Shown here piece by piece: positions 14,771 to 21,850 of a stretch of 27,511 nt of DNA. Every line of letters starts with the position of its first letter. Within the stretch, counting starts at the first letter, position 1. The DNA lies in IMG/VR virus record IMGVR_UViG_3300027373_000017, positions 1 to 27,511 of that record; one strand, given 5' to 3'. The notes under the pieces were generated by a model. The model did not search any database and was not told the origin of the DNA. It saw only the letters and a program-made list of their open reading frames with translations. Source of the stretch: a virus (taxonomy: Duplodnaviria; Caudoviricetes). The position numbers and the translations under genes were made by a program.

Positions 14771-15391
14771 TTATTTCCGACCTGGTTTAGGGCGGTGGTC
14801 GAGGTAATGGTTAAACCCATCATAAGGGATCAGCCAATCTCGGCCAATTTTACGGGCGCCTGGAATATATCCATGTTTTGCGGCGTGGCGGACAGTGCGA
14901 TCGTTAATCGATATCCCTGCCTCTCTGGCATAATCAATGGCGCCATGTACGGTAGTCTCATTAAGCATGATGCCTGTAACCGGTGGGCGCCCAGGGATGT
15001 AGCCAATTGTCGCTCCGTAATTCCAGTGTCCAGACTGATCACTCTCCGCGAGTATTTTATCCGCCCAACTATCAGGTAACAGATAACCTAGATCCTGGAT
15101 TATGGTTAATGTACGTTTGAGACTGCTCGGTATGGTACTGGATGGACCATCATAGTCATACCAGATCCCAGTATAAGTGTCCTCGGCGACCTTGTGCCAG
15201 GCAGTATTTGACATAAGTTTGCCTCCACCGAACGATACCAGGGGAGGGGTGTCTATTGGTCGTGCGAACAAAGTATCATTGTATGGGTTGTAGTGAGCGA
15301 TACCGAACCGCCCGAGATCATCAACTACAACGTATTGACGGATTACCGCTGATAGATCTGGCCAATAGTATTGATTAGAGGTTGCGTTCAT
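14771..15391 (-). CDS. Protein with C-terminal MerR/excisionase-like HTH (HTH_17-type)
   Basis: AREAGISINDRTVRHAAKHGYIPGARKIGRDWLIP...RPKPGRK; RBS AAGGA. Its stop abuts the cysH-like stop. Confidence 0.75.
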   Translation of the reverse strand: MNATSNQYYWPDLSAVIRQYVVVDDLGRFGIAHYNPYNDTLFARPIDTPPLVSFGGGKLMSNTAWHKVAEDTYTGIWYDYDGPSSTIPSSLKRTLTIIQDLGYLLPDSWADKILAESDQSGHWNYGATIGYIPGRPPVTGIMLNETTVHGAIDYAREAGISINDRTVRHAAKHGYIPGARKIGRDWLIPYDGFNHYLDHRPKPGRK

Positions 15392-15442
15392 ATCATCCTT
15401 TTCTGTCGGTTTACTAAGCCAGCCGACTAGCTAAATCGAAAA

Positions 15443-15952
15443 TTAATCTGAGAAATCCTCACACCAATTACTCAAGATCGCTTCCGCTGCCTCTATGCTC
15501 CCACCGCCTGCTAATAATTTCATGGCGGCTTTTCCAGCGCCATATTTTTTAAAATTACTGGCTGCTGTATACCCTTGAGCCCTGATATATACGGCAGCTC
15601 TTGGGTATTGTGCTGAGAGCTGATCAGCGTAGGATCTCAGCGATGTGTCTATCGCGGCGGGAGGGCGGGAGCCGTCATTGTACTCGTCATCCATCATCAA
15701 ATTAGTCTGATCATCATATCGGCAATCCTCGTTGTAGGCAGCATCAAGGGCTTTGGTAAGCTCGTCCAAGCCTGGCACATTACGCGCAATTAATTCTTTT
15801 TTCTCGGCGATCAAGTAGGCTAATATCTCAGCTTGAGAGTCAAAAAGCGCCTGCTTAATGTCGGCGGATAAATTGTTATAACCAGGGGCATTAAGTTTTT
15901 CTGTTTCCGTGAGGCTAATATTATATTGCTCAACCATTTCTTTTGCGTTCAT
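15443..15952 (-). CDS. Acidic helical hypothetical protein (moron)
   Basis: 169 aa, RBS AAGGAGA, own promoter. Confidence 0.8.
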   Translation of the reverse strand: MNAKEMVEQYNISLTETEKLNAPGYNNLSADIKQALFDSQAEILAYLIAEKKELIARNVPGLDELTKALDAAYNEDCRYDDQTNLMMDDEYNDGSRPPAAIDTSLRSYADQLSAQYPRAAVYIRAQGYTAASNFKKYGAGKAAMKLLAGGGSIEAAEAILSNWCEDFSD

Positions 15953-15972
15953 TTCGTTCTCCTTTTTTTATC

Positions 15973-16009
15973 TTGACTATATATTACCACAAGCGGCAAT
16001 AATTGTCAA
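15973..16009 (-). promoter_or_regulatory. Strong leftward promoter TTGACA-17-TAATAT (extended TG) with an imperfect palindrome between the hexamers
   Basis: Minus strand TTGACA (16009-16004), TG-G-TAATAT (-10 at 15986-15981). Palindrome TATTACCAC-AA-GCGGCAATA. Confidence 0.75.
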
Positions 16010-16078
16010 TAGGCAATTTGGAGAAAAAAATATTTTAAGGTTTCGTTCTATTTAATGTTCTAAAAATGATAATAGTTG

Positions 16079-16121
16079 TATAATAGGGTGAGTAGAGCCT
16101 GACAGAAACAGGATAATCCTG
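16079..16121 (+). promoter_or_regulatory. Putative late promoter (-10 TATAAT, no clear -35) and structured leader
   Basis: TATAAT at 16079-16084. Alternative hairpins CCTG-ACAGAAA-CAGG and CAGGA-TAA-TCCTG precede a terminator. Confidence 0.55.
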
Positions 16122-16123
16122 CG

Positions 16124-16154
16124 GGGCACGCGTATATTCGCGTGCCCTTTTTTT
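16124..16154 (+). terminator. Intrinsic terminator upstream of the late operon
   Basis: GGGCACGCG-TATATT-CGCGTGCCC followed by T7. Confidence 0.9.
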
Positions 16155-16192
16155 ATTGTTAAGGCGGAAAATGACAGTTTAAAGGAGAAAAA

Positions 16193-16576
16193 ATGATCAA
16201 TTGGACAGAGATAGGATTAACCGTATTTGAGGCAGTATTGCCGGTTTTGGCAGCGGCATTGACCGGATGGTTACTGGGATTGGCTGCCAAAGCCTGGAGA
16301 GAGTTCCAGTTAGCCCAGCCGGACGTGGCGAAACAGATCGCGAGTGCCGCGGTATGGGTCATTCCGGTGGTGGAGCAACTCAAACATAATGGGGCGATCC
16401 CGGACAACGCCGCCGCTAAAGCGTACGCGGTGCAGGCGATTTTGGATGTGCTGGCGATCAAAAATATTAAGGTTGACGCGGGGCGGGTCGAGAAAATTGT
16501 TGGGGACAGTGTGGAAGGGGCGCTGCGAGAATATAAAAACTGGAACTCAGAACCCGCGGGCAGTTTGGAATTATGA
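16193..16576 (+). CDS. Phage holin, LL-H-like
   Basis: One N-terminal TM helix, then AVWVIPVVEQL...KAYAV...IKVD...VEGALRE, the LL-H family pattern. RBS AAGGAG. Confidence 0.7.
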   Translation: MINWTEIGLTVFEAVLPVLAAALTGWLLGLAAKAWREFQLAQPDVAKQIASAAVWVIPVVEQLKHNGAIPDNAAAKAYAVQAILDVLAIKNIKVDAGRVEKIVGDSVEGALREYKNWNSEPAGSLEL

Positions 16577-16950
16577 CCGGCGATGGCATTCTACTTCCGA
16601 ATGTGCCGGTGAGTGTATGGGATCAGATGGGTGTGGTGGTTTTGTACACGCTGCTGCTGATCATCATCGGCGGGCTGCTGATCAGGCAATTTACCAATTC
16701 GGTGGCTCATATTGAGGAGCAACATACCGTGGTGGTGCGCGGATTGAGCGAGCAATATATTGAGGCGATCAGGATATTTAACCTGCACTCACAGGAGCAA
16801 TCTTCGGCAATGGGCAGGATGATCACGCAACTGGACGCGATGGGCAGGGCGATTGAACGGGTAGACGCATCGGTGCAACAACTGCATGAGCAACAATCGA
16901 GTAATGGGTCTACGAGTACGCCGGCGAGGACCAGAGCGAAGAGGGGGTAA
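16573..16950 (+). CDS. Single-TM plus coiled-coil protein (BhlA/holin-accessory-like)
   Basis: QMGVVVLYTLLLIIIGGLLI TM helix followed by a coiled coil; ATGA overlap. Confidence 0.6.
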   Translation: MTGDGILLPNVPVSVWDQMGVVVLYTLLLIIIGGLLIRQFTNSVAHIEEQHTVVVRGLSEQYIEAIRIFNLHSQEQSSAMGRMITQLDAMGRAIERVDASVQQLHEQQSSNGSTSTPARTRAKRG

Positions 16951-17043
16951 GAGGAAATGTCAGATTAACCCGCACGTCGCATTCGCTCCTGGGGTAATCC
17001 GACATCTGCCTGGAAAAAAGATTAAGAGGAAATGTCAGATTAA
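16948..17043. repeat. 21-bp direct repeat TAAGAGGAAATGTCAGATTAA (16948-16968, 17023-17043) with an inverted partial copy between (16991-17005)
   Basis: Read directly. GGGGTAATCCGACAT is the reverse complement of ATGTCAGATTAACCC at 13 of 15 positions. Confidence 0.9.
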
Positions 17044-17453
17044 TGTCAGGATTTAAGTGGACAAAAGTTAAAGCCCAGGCGGTGGAACTGCTGGCAGAGG
17101 GGTACACAATAGAGGAAGCAGCCGCTCGGATCGGTAGATCGGAGCGGCAACTGTATCGGTGGAAGGCTGACATTGAATTTTTGGAGGAATTGGACCGATT
17201 AAGCAGGATGATCGGGGCGGCTAACAAGGCTGAGCGCTTGCGGATCGCGAACAGGATGGTGCGGGAAGCGATGCGGAAGCAGGCGCCGACGACAAAGGAC
17301 TTGCTGGAATGGCTGAAATATGCGCAATCAGAAACAGATGGAATCAAACTCGAGCTTACCTCCCTCATTGAGGCTGCTGCATCTGTGGCCGGCGGAGGAC
17401 AAAGCGGAATTGATGAATCGGGCGGAGATCAAGAGCCAGGCGGGGACGAATAA
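17043..17453 (+). CDS. terS: Terminase small subunit (N-terminal HTH)
   Basis: AVELLAEGYTIEEAAARIGRSERQLYRWK..EF HTH directly upstream of and overlapping terL. Confidence 0.8.
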   Translation: MSGFKWTKVKAQAVELLAEGYTIEEAAARIGRSERQLYRWKADIEFLEELDRLSRMIGAANKAERLRIANRMVREAMRKQAPTTKDLLEWLKYAQSETDGIKLELTSLIEAAASVAGGGQSGIDESGGDQEPGGDE

Positions 17454-18894
17454 AGTGATCGCTGACCTTCCGCTGGTACAGGCGCGCCAGGCGAAGTTAT
17501 TGGAGGCGTGTGGATTTAAATGCGCACCAGTTGGCGGATCGCACGATAAGGTGGCGATGTGGCAGGTGACGGGGGAGCGTGGGCCGGCGGTGACGGATTT
17601 GATTGGGTATGGCGGGGCGGCATACGGCGGCAAGACGTACGGCAATTTGATTCTGGCACGCGTGGCGGCGACCTTGTGGCCGGGAATTCAGATCGCGTTC
17701 TTCCGGCGGACGTACAGCCAATTGGACGGACCTGGGGCGGCGATGCAAACAGCGTATGAGGTATTTGGATCGGCGGCAACCGCGACTGATGGCGGAAAAG
17801 AGTGGAAGTTTGAAAACGGGAGTGTGTTCTATTTCCGGTATGCCCAGAACGACAAAGATAAATACAACTATCAATCCCAACAGATCGACTTATTGATTTT
17901 AGATGAAGCGACCCATTTTAGCTGGGGGATCGTGGATTATTTATTGACCCGTAATAGAGCCAGCGGGAACTGGGGAAACTACCGGCCGTTTACAGTGATG
18001 ACGAGTAACCCGGGCAATATAGGGCATGTATGGTACAGCCAATTGTATGATCTGGAAAAACGGAAAGGGGAACACGAGCAGGTTAAAACGGTAACGAACC
18101 AGAATGGACGCAATAGCCGGGTGTATTTTATTCCGGCATTTTTGGAGGATAACCAGATCGGGGTGAGCCGAGATCCGGGGTATGAGGGACGTTTGATGGA
18201 GCGCGACCCGGAGGTGGCGAGGGCGTTGCGTTATGGGGATTGGAGCGTGTTTGCCGGGCAGGCATTTGCCGGCTGGACCAGAGAGCGGATCGCATGTAGA
18301 GCTTTTGACATACCCGAACACTGGCCGAGGTGGCGAGCATTGGATTATGGCTACGTTCATCCGTTTACGGCGGGATGGTTCGCGATGGATCCTACCACGC
18401 GGCGGGTATATGTGTACAAGGCGATGTTGAAGAGCGGATTGACGGACGTTGAACAGGCGCGGGTGATCAAGCAGATGACGGCGCCTGATGAGCGCCCGGC
18501 GGCGACGTATGCCAGCCCGGACATGTGGGCACGCAAGAGCGCGGGGAACAAAATATTTACGAGCGTGGATGAATACAAGGATGAAGGGGTGGCGTTAACG
18601 CGGGCGGATGATGACCGGCTGGGTGGAAAGAGGAAGCTGGATCGGTTACTGGCGGATCAGGCGGACGGGATGCCGGGGTTGATGGTGTTTGAGGATTATT
18701 ACCCGGTGTTTAAGTGCATGGAGACGCTGGTGAGGAGTGAGAGAAATCCGGAGGATGTTGAGAAGGTGGATGGGGATGACGCCTATGACATGCTGAGGTA
18801 CGGACTGACGAACCTCGATCCGCCGGCAAGACGGGCGCCGGGTGAGGTGAAGGTGAAGAGGGTGAATCCGATGAGCGGCATGAGGGCGTTGTAG
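17338..18894 (+). CDS. terL: Terminase large subunit
   Basis: Walker A GYGGAAYGGKT, Walker B LLILDEATHF, motif TSNPG, nuclease ALDYGYVHPF and DDAYDMLRYG. Start uncertain (17320, 17338 or 17413). Confidence 0.95.
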   Translation: MESNSSLPPSLRLLHLWPAEDKAELMNRAEIKSQAGTNKVIADLPLVQARQAKLLEACGFKCAPVGGSHDKVAMWQVTGERGPAVTDLIGYGGAAYGGKTYGNLILARVAATLWPGIQIAFFRRTYSQLDGPGAAMQTAYEVFGSAATATDGGKEWKFENGSVFYFRYAQNDKDKYNYQSQQIDLLILDEATHFSWGIVDYLLTRNRASGNWGNYRPFTVMTSNPGNIGHVWYSQLYDLEKRKGEHEQVKTVTNQNGRNSRVYFIPAFLEDNQIGVSRDPGYEGRLMERDPEVARALRYGDWSVFAGQAFAGWTRERIACRAFDIPEHWPRWRALDYGYVHPFTAGWFAMDPTTRRVYVYKAMLKSGLTDVEQARVIKQMTAPDERPAATYASPDMWARKSAGNKIFTSVDEYKDEGVALTRADDDRLGGKRKLDRLLADQADGMPGLMVFEDYYPVFKCMETLVRSERNPEDVEKVDGDDAYDMLRYGLTNLDPPARRAPGEVKVKRVNPMSGMRAL

Positions 18895-18957
18895 GTAGAG
18901 GGTAGCGGGTAGTAGGTAGAGGGTAGTAGGTAGAGGGTAGAGGGTAGGCGGTAGAGG
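18894..18957 (+). repeat. Nine tandem heptamers, consensus GGTAGNN
   Basis: TAG at 18896, 18903, 18910, 18917, 18924, 18931, 18938, 18945 and 18952 (period 7). Confidence 0.9.
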
Positions 18958-18979
18958 TTAAACAGGAAACGGAGAAAAT

Positions 18980-20692
18980 ATGGCTACGAAAAAATTGAGT
19001 ATGGACGAGTTGAAGAAAATCCAGGATCAGGCGCGGCGGTTGGTGAGCCAGAACAGTGAACGGGATTTGATGTTTGATGAGCTGCAGGATATGTATTGGA
19101 TGGAGACGAGCGAGACGGTTAATAAGCGTGATACGGCAGATGTAAAGATGACGATCAGCCCGAGCGCCAGAAATGAGGTACTGGGGATGGTGCGCTTGCT
19201 GACAACCAATGATCCGCACTACATAGCGAGCGCCGAAACTGGTGACCCGGACAAGGTGGAGAAGGCTTTGAATAACATCCTTAAACGATCTGATGAGGTG
19301 ACTTTGACCAAGCTGACCACTGAGGCGGCGCGATCGGCGGTATTGTACAGCGATGTGCATTTGATGATCGAATTGGTGGATGATATGTTGGAGGTGGACG
19401 GCATTCCGGAATACGAGAAGCGCCGGCTGGAAGATATACGATCCAGAACGCCTTTTCTGGTGAGCGCGATCAACCCGCGGGAAGGTTACCCGGTATTTGG
19501 TCGGACGGGGATGAGGGCGTATTTACGCAAGTACAAAGCCCTGGGCGCGGATATCAGCGAGCGGTGGGGTACGGAGGGATTGGATGAAGATGAGGAATAT
19601 ACGGTTTATGACTGGTATGGGATGGAAAATCGGGCGGTGTGGGTTGAGGAAAAGAGCGTCCCGTTGATGTTTGCCGAGCATGGGATGAGCCGAATCCCGA
19701 TTGTGGTGATGATCAGCGATGGTACCAATTTATTCCGGGATGAGGAACACAAGCGTCATCCGTTTTTGTACGCGAAGTGGAAGGGTGAATGGTGGAAGCG
19801 GGAGAATTTGTTATATACGACCTTGTTCACGAGCATGTTTGAGCGAGGCACCGGTCCACTGGTGGCGATTGATCCGGAGAGCTTAGGACAGGACGGGGTG
19901 CTGGATGTGAATTACGCGGGACCGTTTAGATATATTACCGCCAAAGCCCAACTGCTGAATGACAAAGCGTTTGACGCGGATTTGTTGGGGGCGCGCGGGT
20001 TGTTGGATCAGGTGAGCGGGGAGAGCACCATATACAAGCAGACCCTGGGAGAGAACATAGGCGGGAGTAATACCGCGTACAGCACATTGGCCATGTTGAG
20101 CCAGAGCGGACGTTTGCCCCTGGTGAGTTCGCAAGAGTGCATAGGAGCGGCGTTCCGGGAGATGGGCAACATCATCATCCGTTGGATAAAGGCTGAGAAC
20201 ATCAAGAACCCGTGGATCAAGCCGAGTGAGATTGGGGATGATTTGGAACTGGAATGCACAATGGAAGTTAAGCTGCCCCAGGATATGTTCAGGAACGCGC
20301 AGATCGCGGCGGGATTGAAGGGGATTGTGAGTACGGAATGGATGCACACCAATTTACTGCAGATTGATGACAGTAATGAGATGCGCTATCAGGTGTGGAG
20401 TGAGGCGGCGGCGGATACGGTATTCCAGTTGGAGATGCAGAAGTTGACCGAACAAGCCAAACAAGCCTTTATCGCGGCGCAACAACAACAGCAGATGGCG
20501 ATGTCCCGCTCCGCGCCTACGGCTGCTTCGGGGATTCCTTCGTCCATGCCTCAGTCACAAGGTGGTGGTCCTCAGCAGGGAATGGCGCAAGGGCAACCTC
20601 CCCAGTTTATTCAAAACGGAGGAGGGGCGAGGTTGCCAACTTTGAATCAGAGCGGGGAGCAACTACCTTTGAGCGGCCCGCGAGGAGAGTGA
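18980..20692 (+). CDS. Portal protein (podovirus-like head-tail connector)
   Basis: 570 aa directly after terL, with helical/beta alternation (FLVSAINPRE.YP, IPIVV) and a Q/P/G-rich C-terminal tail typical of P22/T7-like portals. Called mainly by synteny. Confidence 0.8.
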   Translation: MATKKLSMDELKKIQDQARRLVSQNSERDLMFDELQDMYWMETSETVNKRDTADVKMTISPSARNEVLGMVRLLTTNDPHYIASAETGDPDKVEKALNNILKRSDEVTLTKLTTEAARSAVLYSDVHLMIELVDDMLEVDGIPEYEKRRLEDIRSRTPFLVSAINPREGYPVFGRTGMRAYLRKYKALGADISERWGTEGLDEDEEYTVYDWYGMENRAVWVEEKSVPLMFAEHGMSRIPIVVMISDGTNLFRDEEHKRHPFLYAKWKGEWWKRENLLYTTLFTSMFERGTGPLVAIDPESLGQDGVLDVNYAGPFRYITAKAQLLNDKAFDADLLGARGLLDQVSGESTIYKQTLGENIGGSNTAYSTLAMLSQSGRLPLVSSQECIGAAFREMGNIIIRWIKAENIKNPWIKPSEIGDDLELECTMEVKLPQDMFRNAQIAAGLKGIVSTEWMHTNLLQIDDSNEMRYQVWSEAAADTVFQLEMQKLTEQAKQAFIAAQQQQQMAMSRSAPTAASGIPSSMPQSQGGGPQQGMAQGQPPQFIQNGGGARLPTLNQSGEQLPLSGPRGE

Positions 20693-20696
20693 TTGA

Positions 20697-20915
20697 ATGA
20701 TTGATGCTGAGAAAATGGAAGACGCGTTGATGTTTGGCCAGGCGGAAATTGAGAACTGGCGGAAACAGTTTGAACGGGATTGGCAGGGAACGAAGCAGGC
20801 AACCTTGATCAAGGGTTTGTATGGGCGATTGACCGATGAGGTAAAGGAAGATTTGAAACAGACGGATCCGGCAGGGTTTGCGGAATTTAATAAGTACATG
20901 GAGAAGAAGAGATGA
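20697..20915 (+). CDS. Small hypothetical virion-operon protein
   Basis: 72 aa, RBS GAGGAG, coupled to the next gene. Confidence 0.75.
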   Translation: MIDAEKMEDALMFGQAEIENWRKQFERDWQGTKQATLIKGLYGRLTDEVKEDLKQTDPAGFAEFNKYMEKKR

Positions 20916-21847
20916 TCACACAATATGACGAAACAGGAAACGCGATGCTGACCAATACCTCGGTGAACAAGCCGGCCGGGGTAACTACGGTACAAAGTTT
21001 GGCGAGCCAGTATCAGAACGCATTGGCTGAACAGGCGAGGAGAGCGGCGGCCGAAAAGACAAAGCGGACACCATTTGGATATGGGGCACCTGGTTACTGG
21101 TGGCGCGGGATGACGCCGTATGTGGCGCCGGGCGGGGTAGCGGCGCCGGTGATGACAGTGGGAAACGGGGCGGGGGTTCCGAGTGTGTATAGCGGGGTGA
21201 CCGGAGCAGAGGCACCCGTTGTTGAGGTAACGGCGCCGGCACCAACCACGGGAGAAGTGCCGATCGTGCCGGAGGTGAGCGCGCCAGTGGAACCGACTAC
21301 CCTGATAGAAACGAATCCGAGTTCAGGAAAAGCGGGATTGTACTCGATCGCGCCAACCTGGGCGAAGGAATATGAAGCGAGGAGCCAGAAAGAGAAGGAT
21401 ACGCCAGGAGATAACTGGGGGAATCTGCCGGCAGGTTTTGTGCAGGCAAATGGCGGAGCTCCGACGAATCCGACTTTTGACGCATCCGCTTTTCAGAATT
21501 GGGGAGTATTTCCTGGTATGGAAAGCAGTCCTTTCCCGTGGCCAAACTATACCAACGGATCGGAATTATTATCTGGCGGACCTTATGGACCGTGGTCTAC
21601 CCCAAAGCCAAAGACTAATTACCACCGAACGGGATATCCAAAACCTTCAACTTCAAATTATCACCGAACCGGATATCCAACCAGTAACCCAACAACCGTA
21701 AGTGATAGCAGCGCATCGAACAGCTCCGGGAGTGGATACGCTGGGGGTAGTTTGTGGGGTGGTGGCGGAGGTTATGGCGGTGGCGGCGGGGGATATAACC
21801 CGTATAACGGCTGGAATTGGAATTTGATCAACTGGAATGTGAGGTAA
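20912..21847 (+). CDS. Low-complexity P/G/S/T-rich protein, candidate internal/ejection protein
   Basis: 311 aa, poly-G/Y tail, duplicated NYHRTGYP, aromatic end WNWNLINWNV; precedes the giant gene. Confidence 0.7.
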   Translation: MITQYDETGNAMLTNTSVNKPAGVTTVQSLASQYQNALAEQARRAAAEKTKRTPFGYGAPGYWWRGMTPYVAPGGVAAPVMTVGNGAGVPSVYSGVTGAEAPVVEVTAPAPTTGEVPIVPEVSAPVEPTTLIETNPSSGKAGLYSIAPTWAKEYEARSQKEKDTPGDNWGNLPAGFVQANGGAPTNPTFDASAFQNWGVFPGMESSPFPWPNYTNGSELLSGGPYGPWSTPKPKTNYHRTGYPKPSTSNYHRTGYPTSNPTTVSDSSASNSSGSGYAGGSLWGGGGGYGGGGGGYNPYNGWNWNLINWNVR

Positions 21848-21850
21848 ATT

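Noticed and set aside
16948-17043. 21-bp repeat pair as a bona fide CRISPR array
   Set aside because: Two copies only, short non-palindromic repeat containing RBS and ATG, 54-nt spacer. Kept only as a regulatory/guide candidate.
5159-20995. Antisense ORFs over the early, cas, terminase and portal genes (e.g. 5159-5878, 13342-13917, 18710-19360)
   Set aside because: They overlap well-supported genes on the opposite strand and are H/P/L-rich shadow translations.
21615-21690. Duplicated NYHRTGYP coding repeat as a DGR template/variable pair
   Set aside because: Very short, differences are not adenine-specific, and no reverse transcriptase is present.
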